Virus record (IMG/VR): IMGVR_UViG_3300030090_007211
Coordinates: 32,001 to 96,000 of that record
From: a virus
DNA length: 64,000 nucleotides
Strand: one strand, 5' to 3'
The position numbers and the translations under genes were made by a program. Each line of letters starts with the position of its first letter. Position 1 is the stretch's first letter. The notes below the pieces were generated by a model, which was not told the origin of the DNA, ran no database searches, and worked only from the letters and a program-made list of their open reading frames with translations. Shown here piece after piece: positions 39,509 through 47,171 of this stretch.

Positions 39509-39849
39509 TCACCGCCTTCCCCCATAAATATAGAACGCTGTTTCATAAGGATAATTTGTAGTGTATAGACAACATGAAATGTTTCTTCTGGGGTTAACCC
39601 AAACATGTCTGTAATATTTTTACTTAACTGTGGTAGGTGAAGTGCTACCATGGTCACAGTTGAGGGTTCATCAAAAGGATTAAGACTACCATTAACCTTA
39701 CCATTTTTATCTACGGGATTCTCCTGAAGTAGTCGATCAATAATCTTTTGGCAATAAGGGATGTTTATACAACCTTTCTTAAAGTCCATGTATAACTTTT
39801 TCTGTACGTTGTTGGGTACAATTAGATGGCACGATCTTCTAATTTTCAT
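39505..39849 (-). CDS. YG-family-like protein
   Basis: YCQKIIDRL...MFGLTPEE. Confidence 0.55.
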   Translation of the reverse strand: MKIRRSCHLIVPNNVQKKLYMDFKKGCINIPYCQKIIDRLLQENPVDKNGKVNGSLNPFDEPSTVTMVALHLPQLSKNITDMFGLTPEETFHVVYTLQIILMKQRSIFMGEGGE

Positions 39850-39855
39850 CTTCTT

Positions 39856-40119
39856 TTAGTTATTAAGGTAAATATTAAGTCCAATATAGGTGTAAAATAA
39901 AAATGCAATCATGTAAGAAAGTGAGGGAGGGTATAGATTGTCAATATAATTATTAAGTTCTACATTATTATCCCAATCTTCTTTTGTTGTCATACTAAAT
40001 TCAGTTATACCTGTCTCCTTAATTACTTTTACCAGAATATATATAAGACTCATCATTCTGAAAGGGAAGTTGGGTATCTCAATTATCCAGTTTACTATTT
40101 TTCTAATTATTTTTTTCAT
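39856..40119 (-). CDS. Small membrane protein
   Basis: 87 aa with hydrophobic C-terminus. Confidence 0.55.
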   Translation of the reverse strand: MKKIIRKIVNWIIEIPNFPFRMMSLIYILVKVIKETGITEFSMTTKEDWDNNVELNNYIDNLYPPSLSYMIAFLFYTYIGLNIYLNN

Positions 40120-40244
40120 CTTTGTTTTAGTTTTTGTTTAATCCTTTTTTTCAACTCATAGGTTTTTCTGGTTGACCAACCAGCCCAAAACCATAAAATA
40201 AATCCTATGTAATACACCCAAGGTGTTAATAATTCTTCACTCAT
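40116..40244 (-). CDS. Small single-TM protein (42 aa, not in track)
   Basis: MSEELLTPWVYYIGFILWFWAGWSTRK...; ATGA coupling. Confidence 0.55.
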   Translation of the reverse strand: MSEELLTPWVYYIGFILWFWAGWSTRKTYELKKRIKQKLKQR

Positions 40245-40255
40245 CTTCTTTTGGT

Positions 40256-40372
40256 TTATAGTTTAATTATAAATGTTATTAAAATACTTATGAGAATTCC
40301 TATAATAATACCAATAGTAATTCCTCTTGATAAAGCCCAGTTCATATCTCTAATATAATCTTCGTCTCTCAT
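40256..40372 (-). CDS. Small single-TM protein (38 aa, not in track)
   Basis: MRDEDYIRDMNWALSRGITIGIIIGILISILITFIIKL. Confidence 0.55.
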   Translation of the reverse strand: MRDEDYIRDMNWALSRGITIGIIIGILISILITFIIKL

Positions 40373-40386
40373 CTTTGTTTTTTTAT

Positions 40387-40424
40387 AAAGAGGGGGCTGG
40401 GGGAGATTCCGACAATTCGGTCGA
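40387..40424 (+). repeat. Intergenic G-rich repeat, copy 2 of 3
   Basis: AAAGAGGGGGCTGGGGGAGATTCCGACAATTCGGTCGA. Confidence 0.9.
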
Positions 40425-40582
40425 TCAACTCCATGTCTCTTTTAATTTGTAAGGGGTAAGAAGGAGAGCAGGTTTATATTACTCTCCTTAAAAAATTCAG
40501 ATACGATTTTTAGACTTTCTAAATAATCATTCCGATAATTGTTGTCAAAACAAATATAGGGATAAAATATTAAATAACCAAA

Positions 40583-40888
40583 TTAATTTGCTAATTTTTT
40601 CAGTTTGTCGTAAACTATAGTCTTGTATACGTCTACAAGGTCATACATTTCATGTTCAGCCACACCATATAATTTGTTTACATAATATGTTAAATCATTT
40701 CGTATAACTGCGTTACCATGTTCCAAAGTACCTACATAGTAAATGTCTTCACTATCTAGAAAAGGATAAATCAAACCATACGCACCATATTCGTACCTAT
40801 CATATACCTTATTACTTAAAGGGACAATTTTAGTGTGTGATGCCAGATGTTTAGCAACCTTTAAAATATATTTTTCTTTTTTATTCAT
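40583..40888 (-). CDS. Stand-alone YG-family domain protein
   Basis: YILKVAKHLASHT...YPF...LYGVAEHE. Confidence 0.7.
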   Translation of the reverse strand: MNKKEKYILKVAKHLASHTKIVPLSNKVYDRYEYGAYGLIYPFLDSEDIYYVGTLEHGNAVIRNDLTYYVNKLYGVAEHEMYDLVDVYKTIVYDKLKKLAN

Positions 40889-41319
40889 TAATGTGCTGAG
40901 TTAAATGATAAAGGAATGGTTACCCCTGCACTAATAACACTACTAGGGATAGTAGGGGTGTTATGATGAGAATCATGATGGCCCAATGATCCTTCCAGAT
41001 CTAATTTAATATCATGATGTTTACCAAGATGGGGAAACTGCAATGAAAGGTGTTTAGAATGAGGATTATAATGTGCGTGTACATTGTGTGCCAAAGAATC
41101 CATAATACTCTTTTCATCCGAATGTATATCTAAAGATAAAGAATGTTTTAATTTCTCATCTTTATGGATCTTCTCTATTATCTCGTCCATATCATGATTA
41201 CTTAAATGTAATATATCTGATTTTAACTTTCCTATTCTTTCTTCAGAATCAGATTGTTCTAATAATCTCTTATTAGCGTCTTCTATTAATAACCTTTTAA
41301 TTTTTGCAATCCTTCCCAT
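40888..41319 (-). CDS. Leader-D His-rich protein
   Basis: MGRIAKIKRLLIEDANKRLLEQ; many His in C-terminal half. Confidence 0.7.
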   Translation of the reverse strand: MGRIAKIKRLLIEDANKRLLEQSDSEERIGKLKSDILHLSNHDMDEIIEKIHKDEKLKHSLSLDIHSDEKSIMDSLAHNVHAHYNPHSKHLSLQFPHLGKHHDIKLDLEGSLGHHDSHHNTPTIPSSVISAGVTIPLSFNSAH

Positions 41320-41357
41320 TATATTTAATTTATTATATAAATATACCCACCAAAAGA

Positions 41358-41394
41358 AAAGAGGGGGCTGGGGGAGTTTCGACAGTTCCGTGGG
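41358..41394 (+). repeat. Intergenic G-rich repeat, copy 3 of 3
   Basis: AAAGAGGGGGCTGGGGGAGTTTCGACAGTTCCGTGGG. Confidence 0.9.
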
Positions 41395-41399
41395 TCATT

Positions 41400-41735
41400 T
41401 CAATATAACCCCCATTGTCGTTTTAATTTATTTCTATATAAATCCCATAACTGATTAAACTCATCTCCCTGCACTCCATATGTATCTCTTACATAAAGTG
41501 AAAAAAGATTTGCAAAAGAAAACTCCTGGGGACAAGAAACATTCCAATTAAGTCCTTCATCCAATATACTCATGTAGTATCCATCAAAATGTTTCTCATC
41601 ATTTATAAAAGGTAAATATAAAACCATACAAGTTTCCATGTTACCAATAATCATGGGGTTTACACAATACTGAGTATCGTCACATAACCATTGAGCAACC
41701 TTATCAAGATATTTCTTTTGTTTAGTGTGGGTCAC
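41400..41735 (-). CDS. Stand-alone YG-family domain protein
   Basis: YLDKVAQWLCDDT...LPF...TYGVQGDE..QLW.LY. Confidence 0.72.
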   Translation of the reverse strand: MTHTKQKKYLDKVAQWLCDDTQYCVNPMIIGNMETCMVLYLPFINDEKHFDGYYMSILDEGLNWNVSCPQEFSFANLFSLYVRDTYGVQGDEFNQLWDLYRNKLKRQWGLY

Positions 41736-41911
41736 ACTGATTTATTTTCATCTATACGTTCAAAAATCTGAGTGGCCCCTAACGATATATAATTAAATAA
41801 TAATAATACACTCCAAAATATTAAATTGTTTGTATCCTCTATTACCCATGAATATATGAACATAATGAAAGACAATATCACTGTTAATAGCGTTATAATT
41901 TTTCCTACCAT
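41732..41911 (-). CDS. Small two-TM membrane protein (start corrected)
   Basis: MVGKIITLL...; promoter TTTG-N20-TATATTTG at 41927-41958. Confidence 0.6.
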   Translation of the reverse strand: MVGKIITLLTVILSFIMFIYSWVIEDTNNLIFWSVLLLFNYISLGATQIFERIDENKSV

Positions 41912-41990
41912 AATTTTTAGTTTACACAAATATAAGGCAAAAAAATTGGATTTCCAAAAAAGGAATATAAAAAAAGGTATTTCAATAAAC

Positions 41991-42143
41991 CTATTGGTTA
42001 TTTAATATACCTTCCTTCAGTTTCCTTAACTCTCTAATCCGATCAAATATAATCTTAGTTAATTCTTGAAAGTCTGCAGTTGGATTCTTTAAGACGTGGT
42101 ATTCTAATTCGTTTAGTCTAATATCAATTTCCTCAATAGTCAT
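41991..42143 (-). CDS. Small helical protein (50 aa, not in track)
   Basis: MTIEEIDIRLNELEYHVLKNPTADFQELTKIIFDRIRELRKLKEGILNNQ. Confidence 0.55.
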   Translation of the reverse strand: MTIEEIDIRLNELEYHVLKNPTADFQELTKIIFDRIRELRKLKEGILNNQ

Positions 42144-42223
42144 ATATACTAAATACTAAAAATTTCCTGGAAAAATTTTACTCGTTGAAGGTGTTTCCCA
42201 GAAATGGGTGTTGTTTCTCAGAA

Positions 42224-42397
42224 TTACTTATCTTTGTGTTCACAATCCTTTTTGTGTTTAAACCATCCACCACATTTACACTTCACATAATATACCACAG
42301 GTGCAACTATCGGCGCCGACGCAACTACTGTCCATACATTAGGATGCCAATGATCCCCACAAAAACCGAATAAGTGTTTTATAAATTCTATTACCAT
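42224..42397 (-). CDS. Small Cys/His membrane-associated protein (57 aa, not in track)
   Basis: MVIEFIKHLFGFCGDHWHPNVW...KCKCGGWFKHKKDC. Confidence 0.6.
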   Translation of the reverse strand: MVIEFIKHLFGFCGDHWHPNVWTVVASAPIVAPVVYYVKCKCGGWFKHKKDCEHKDK

Positions 42398-42450
42398 TCT
42401 TTTTTATTCTATATATACTAACGAATTAAAAAAAGTCTATAATAGATACT

Positions 42451-42616
42451 CTAAAAATTCCTGGAAAATTTATGGACAACATCGCCGCCCCCTAAAACTT
42501 CGTTTACCCCGAGGAGGGAAGGGGGGATACAGTGGGTACCCGGAGGGGGGGACCCCCCAGAGGGGTTAAAAAGGGGGGAGGTTTACTATGGTTCTAGTCA
42601 TAGGTCCTCCCTCCCT
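42451..42616. other. Non-coding G/C-run island with flanking palindromes (candidate origin or packaging site)
   Basis: Multiple G3-G7 and C4-C6 runs in an AT-rich genome; GGGTACCC and GGGGGG-A-CCCCCC palindromes; AAATT(T)CC-T-GGAAAA(A)TTT at 42156 and 42451. Confidence 0.5.
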
Positions 42617-42685
42617 AATAACAACATTTAAATTTAATACTATAAAGATACGAATAATAAATGAGAATGTCAAATAATAAGGCAT

Positions 42686-42950
42686 AAAAAAAAGGGGGGT
42701 AAATACTTTGTATGAAACTCTGTATTCCCTTCCCCTTTATCGGGATCTTGGGATAAAACTCTTGGGGAATTGTTCTACCACTTCACCCTTCTGATAGTAT
42801 TTGTAATTTAAATATGCGTGTAACCAATCTACTTTTTATAACAACCAAACTATCGAGAGACTATCTCCTTCCCCCTGAGGGTCTGGGATAATCGTAAAGA
42901 TAAAGACTGTGTTACTTTAAATTATTCATACCATCATATCAAACAACTAT
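42686..42950 (-). ncRNA. Candidate promoter-driven non-coding RNA (about 265 nt)
   Basis: GTTG-N20-TATATTTG promoter at 42955-42986; only 3-5 codon ATG ORFs; internal imperfect direct repeat; ends in hairpin plus T8. Confidence 0.5.
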
Positions 42951-42988
42951 ACAACAAATATAATGAACTTATTTGTATTAGTCAACAT

Positions 42989-43282
42989 TTATATAAAAGT
43001 CTTTTTATCTAACTCTTTATGTAGATCGAATATATATCTACTATAGTCTCTCCAGAGCTCATCTACCTCATCACTTAATATACCATAGTTATTAGTTACA
43101 TAATTATAGAATTGTTCATAGTGTGAAGGTTTACCACCATACCCATATAAATCTTTTGTATTCATAAATGGTAACTTAAGATTGTGCCAATTAATCTTTT
43201 CGTGATATTGTATCTCTATTTCATTAATAAGTTTAGATAACACTTGTTGTCTATACTGTTCCTGTCTTGTCATTGTATTCAT
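42989..43282 (-). CDS. Stand-alone YG-family domain protein
   Basis: YRQQVLSKL...LPF...NYGILSDEVDELWRDY. Confidence 0.7.
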   Translation of the reverse strand: MNTMTRQEQYRQQVLSKLINEIEIQYHEKINWHNLKLPFMNTKDLYGYGGKPSHYEQFYNYVTNNYGILSDEVDELWRDYSRYIFDLHKELDKKTFI

Positions 43283-43436
43283 CTAATTTCTTTTTTTTAT
43301 ATTCTTCCCAATACGCATCATTATAATAGTTGAGGTATATCTTTTCCATCTCTATATCCTTTTTGGTTATCATTACAGGGAGTCTATACTTCTCATGGTA
43401 ATCGAATGGATTAATTTCCTTCTTGTTGTTCATCAT
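43251..43436 (-). CDS. Hypothetical protein
   Basis: 61 aa ORF. Confidence 0.5.
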   Translation of the reverse strand: MMNNKKEINPFDYHEKYRLPVMITKKDIEMEKIYLNYYNDAYWEEYKKKKLDEYNDKTGTV

Positions 43437-43536
43437 CCTTTTGTTTTTCTAATTTAGAAATATTCCTTCCGAATCGTACTCCCAGTACAAAAAAGAAAAA
43501 ATATAGTAATGCGTTAATAATAACCGTTTCATTCAT
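43411..43536 (-). CDS. Small single-TM protein (41 aa, not in track)
   Basis: MNETVIINALLYFFFFVLGVRFGR... Confidence 0.5.
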   Translation of the reverse strand: MNETVIINALLYFFFFVLGVRFGRNISKLEKQKDDEQQEGN

Positions 43537-43666
43537 ATGTTTAAATATAAAGAAAAAAAATGATAAAAAAAAGGGGTCTTATATTTGGTGGTCTAAAAAA
43601 TTTTTTGTATCTTTGTATAAAGGGTCTGGTTCTGAAATATAACCGAAAGAGTATACTCCACCCTGC

Positions 43667-43945
43667 CTATATATTTTTATATAGGAAATCTATATACCTC
43701 TCCCATAACTCATCTATCTCCTTTGGTCTTGCACCATATAACCTTTTACAATGTGCATCGAACAATTGTTTATACGCCAACACATATTCTATATACGTTT
43801 TAACATAATCACTACAACGCTCAGAGTGAAGGAATGGTAATTCTATCTGTCTATCCTCCTTTATGATCGTTGTCGCCTTAAGATCCTTTAGAAATATCTC
43901 TATTAACTCTTTGTCCATTCCCCTATTAAATAAATTTTTAAACAT
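43667..43945 (-). CDS. Stand-alone YG-family domain protein
   Basis: LPF...RLYGARPKEIDELWERY. Confidence 0.7.
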   Translation of the reverse strand: MFKNLFNRGMDKELIEIFLKDLKATTIIKEDRQIELPFLHSERCSDYVKTYIEYVLAYKQLFDAHCKRLYGARPKEIDELWERYIDFLYKNI

Positions 43946-44233
43946 TGTTACATAAAATAAATAATAAAAAATTTGGAAATGTCAAATATTTTTCGTAACT
44001 TTATATTATAGATGAGGTGAGAGACCATAAGGCCACCCCCTGGGCGTATGTGTAATATTTGACATCGGACCACAGTGGGGTCTTCTACCCTGATGTAAAT
44101 CTAATATAAAGATACGCCTTTTTTTTGACAATACCAAATAAAAACACATTTATTTTTAAAAAGATTTCCACAAAAGGATGAGGTATTATAAATTAAATTT
44201 GTATATGTTAATTATTTTTTGTATCTTTGTTAT

Positions 44234-44437
44234 ATGGAAACTGAAAATATATACTTAGATCATGATGGTGTTAAGATGAAAATCGCATCACAAGTAGATT
44301 TCTTATTAAGAAAATATGATAAGTGGTATGTAACAGAAGGTCAATATTTATCACTACCTCATCACGTATTATTATATTGTATACGTAAAGGTTTAATACC
44401 ACCATCAATTAGAAAAGAAATTATACATGGAAAATAA
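44234..44437 (+). CDS. Hypothetical early protein (start corrected)
   Basis: TTTG(44198)-N20-TATCTTTG(44222) then ATG 44234. Confidence 0.6.
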   Translation: METENIYLDHDGVKMKIASQVDFLLRKYDKWYVTEGQYLSLPHHVLLYCIRKGLIPPSIRKEIIHGK

Positions 44438-44774
44438 ATTCAAATCATTCACTCCAAGAGTAGATACCAAACGTAGACTCGTTATGACACGATGGTATGC
44501 AGGTGTACGTGGTGAGAATTCATTCTGTTACATGATTCATCGTATTACTAAAAAGAATACTATAGATAAAAGATTTAAAAACCTCTACTCTTACGGTACC
44601 GATGACTATAGTAGTATAAAAGAATTTCATCACGCAGTAACAGGGGATCCTGTTCGTGTTTTTAAATCCTCTTTCAAGGGTGTATTTAAAATTAAAAATA
44701 AATTAAACCCTATAGAGATATGGAACACTTCACAACATTCCTCGAAAACCTTGACACAACAGACCTCTTTATAA
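44427..44774 (+). CDS. Hypothetical protein
   Basis: 115 aa, coupled to upstream gene. Confidence 0.55.
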   Translation: MENKFKSFTPRVDTKRRLVMTRWYAGVRGENSFCYMIHRITKKNTIDKRFKNLYSYGTDDYSSIKEFHHAVTGDPVRVFKSSFKGVFKIKNKLNPIEIWNTSQHSSKTLTQQTSL

Positions 44775-44845
44775 TGACTCTTCTGGGTCTGGTCTTTGTG
44801 GGTATAGTAATATACATTAACAACGATGACCAACGCTGGTGGTAA
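44720..44845 (+). CDS. Small single-TM protein (41 aa, not in track)
   Basis: MEHFTTFLENLDTTDLFIMTLLGLVFVGIVIYINNDDQRWW. Confidence 0.5.
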   Translation: MEHFTTFLENLDTTDLFIMTLLGLVFVGIVIYINNDDQRWW

Positions 44846-44928
44846 AGAGTGGGAAAGGTACAGTTCTTTGACATCTTTTTTTAACCGAAATGTTTGATTT
44901 TGTCATAAAAAATCAGTATATTTGTAGT

Positions 44929-45001
44929 ATCTGAAAAATTCCTGAAACCGAAATTACGAAGGAATTTACGGACTAGGCAATGTTTTCCTAGGGTTTCACA
45001 G
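44929..45001 (+). ncRNA. Candidate structured (pseudoknotted) RNA
   Basis: TTTG(44893)-N20-TATATTTG(44917) promoter, no convincing ORF downstream, three helices. Confidence 0.4.
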
Positions 45002-45271
45002 TAAACAAACACTAAAAATCCCACTTTTTCCCACCATATACCACATTTATACTAAAACCTTATAATATAATGAGGCACAGGGTTTTTTACACTTGTACTC
45101 AGTATTATTATTTTATTGTGAGGGTATCCTGTACGTCAGGTTAAACGATCTTTTCTCATTCATCATAGGACATTACAATAACCTTAGAAGGTCTTAGAGA
45201 GGATATATTTAGGTCATAAAAAAACCCCTATGTATATAGAGGTTTAAATATTTTTTAGTATAGGGAATTTA

Positions 45272-45574
45272 CTATTTACACATTTTATCTATCTTCATTT
45301 TTCCTACACCTTTATAACCACTTTTATAAATAACATTTTGTTTTAGACATGCACAAATCTCTTCTTTAGTGGTATCTATTTCCTTAACATTTTTCATGTT
45401 AACAATTATGTTATTCCAAAACTCATCCCAACTTTTTGTTTTACCATTATTATCTCCTATGGTATTAATGTCGTTATAATATTCTTTTGATGTATCGCAT
45501 TGATGTGTATCTTCTGTGATAACCCTTTTTACTATACGTTGAATGTCTGATTCTTTTAATTTAATTACTTTCAT
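45272..45574 (-). CDS. Leader-A small Cys-containing protein
   Basis: MKVIKLKESDIQRIVKRVITE. Confidence 0.72.
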   Translation of the reverse strand: MKVIKLKESDIQRIVKRVITEDTHQCDTSKEYYNDINTIGDNNGKTKSWDEFWNNIIVNMKNVKEIDTTKEEICACLKQNVIYKSGYKGVGKMKIDKMCK

Positions 45575-45640
45575 TTCTTTATGTGTTTCTATATAAGTAT
45601 CACAATGATCATGAAATGTAAACCATCATCCTTTTTGATT

Positions 45641-45916
45641 TTATAATGCTTTAATATAGTAACCTTCCATCCCATTAAATGAGGTAAATGAGAATCCTTC
45701 TTTTTTCAAACGATATATCATCTTATCTTTAAGTTTACGATCATAGAAATAATCATCTATATGTTTTTCTTCGTGTGGGAATACTCTAACCATTACAGAT
45801 GTACCTTCTATATTATTTAACATCTCATAAAGTTTTTTCGTGGTGATATCGTTACAGAAACTTAGATTGTGTTTACTAAGTTCTTCATTAAGTAAATCGG
45901 ATTTAAATGTATACAT
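45641..45916 (-). CDS. Hypothetical protein
   Basis: 91 aa ORF. Confidence 0.6.
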   Translation of the reverse strand: MYTFKSDLLNEELSKHNLSFCNDITTKKLYEMLNNIEGTSVMVRVFPHEEKHIDDYFYDRKLKDKMIYRLKKEGFSFTSFNGMEGYYIKAL

Positions 45917-45917
45917 C

Positions 45918-46223
45918 TTATTTTTTATTTCCTATTACTTTTTCATATAGGTTTTGTAATACGGCTTGTCCAGATAAATTACAATATATCTCATTCCATA
46001 ATCTTTTTATTAAACTATAGTCATCCGTTACTGCATTACCCATTCCATCCATACCTTCTTCATAATCTATTACATCTCCGTTTTCATCCAAATACCATTT
46101 GTATATTCGGGATTCTATTGAATATTCTATTCTGTGTGTATTCTTAGGTTGTATAAAGTCGTCTTGGATACCCTCAAATTTATCTCTATGTGGGTGTAGT
46201 GATTCTAATTTAAATTCTTTCAT
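45918..46223 (-). CDS. Hypothetical protein
   Basis: 101 aa; promoter TTTG-N20-TATATTAG at 46246-46277. Confidence 0.6.
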   Translation of the reverse strand: MKEFKLESLHPHRDKFEGIQDDFIQPKNTHRIEYSIESRIYKWYLDENGDVIDYEEGMDGMGNAVTDDYSLIKRLWNEIYCNLSGQAVLQNLYEKVIGNKK

Positions 46224-46317
46224 TTTAATAGTTTTTTATTTTCTACTAATATAAAGAAATTTTTCTATAGTGTCAAATCGATCATGATTATTAAACCATC
46301 ATCCTTTTTGATTTTAA

Positions 46318-47157
46318 TTATTCAGTTTTTAATACAACAAACCAATAGTTACCAACTTTAACAATATCCGACATTGCCTCATATCCATACTTATTTTTCA
46401 TATCGGTTAATCTTTGATTTAAATTATCTTCGGAGGGATCAAATATACCACTAATACCAGTAGTTGTATCACCATCTTTAGAAATAGTAATAGTATTCCC
46501 ATCTATAGTTGCATTACCATAATTATCTTTAGGTAACGCTAATAACTGATCTCTCGCATCTCCCAAATCATTAAATGTTATGGTAATGGGTTTTGATTTG
46601 TTACCACCACAGTGAGATTGATAATTAGGGTTTTTCCATTGGGCAAAATATTCTACTAACCCTTCAGGTGTTTTTTTCATATCACTAATATCTAAACTTG
46701 TACCTTTAGTTGGTAGGTGACCTACCTCATCTTTAAGGTGGTCTAACTTATATCCTTCACCATGACCCCAACCTCCTCTACGATCAAAAGAAGTGTATGC
46801 ATCACATGCATTGTTAACCTGAATAAAAGGTATGTCTACTTTAAATTCTACTTGTCCGGTATTATTATCTATTCTATTCCCTAATGTTTTATCTATAATA
46901 GTCTCTAATTTAATCCCATCTAAATCCACTATTGTCCATTGTCCCTTATTATATAACTTTTTTAATTCGTCCCCAACTATAGTAGTGATAGTATTAATAA
47001 ATCTATGTGTGTTATCATTAGGGTTTTGGGAAGGACCAATATAGGTACCACTCACACCATTACTACTAATATTGATGGAGGGAGAAGATTGTTCACCTAA
47101 TAATCTTTTATTGGCTTCCTCTATTAACTGTCTTTTTAATTTCCCTAGTCTACTCAT
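46318..47157 (-). CDS. Leader-D protein
   Basis: MSRLGKLKRQLIEEANKRLLGEQ. Confidence 0.75.
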   Translation of the reverse strand: MSRLGKLKRQLIEEANKRLLGEQSSPSINISSNGVSGTYIGPSQNPNDNTHRFINTITTIVGDELKKLYNKGQWTIVDLDGIKLETIIDKTLGNRIDNNTGQVEFKVDIPFIQVNNACDAYTSFDRRGGWGHGEGYKLDHLKDEVGHLPTKGTSLDISDMKKTPEGLVEYFAQWKNPNYQSHCGGNKSKPITITFNDLGDARDQLLALPKDNYGNATIDGNTITISKDGDTTTGISGIFDPSEDNLNQRLTDMKNKYGYEAMSDIVKVGNYWFVVLKTE

Positions 47158-47171
47158 AATTTTTGATTAGT

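Larger units (their letters stand above)
45607..46316. repeat. 37-bp imperfect direct repeats (45607-45643 and 46280-46316) flanking a two-gene cassette
   Basis: GATCATGA-N4-TAAACCATCATCCTTTTTGATTTTA twice. Confidence 0.85.

Noticed and set aside
39088-41394. G-rich repeats as CRISPR repeats or integron attC sites
   Set aside because: Spacing of about 1 kb with genes between, no attC R/L box symmetry, and no integrase in the window.
43621-43664. Hammerhead ribozyme
   Set aside because: CTGA and GAAA are present, but the CUGANGA core is not intact and lies in a hairpin loop rather than the junction.
44835-44842. E. coli Chi site GCTGGTGG
   Set aside because: Lies inside a small ORF (Arg-Trp-Trp codons), and the inferred host is not an enterobacterium.
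44931-45001. HDV-like/theta ribozyme
   Set aside because: Helix order is similar, but there is no J4/2 catalytic C and no P1.1; kept only as a generic pseudoknot candidate.
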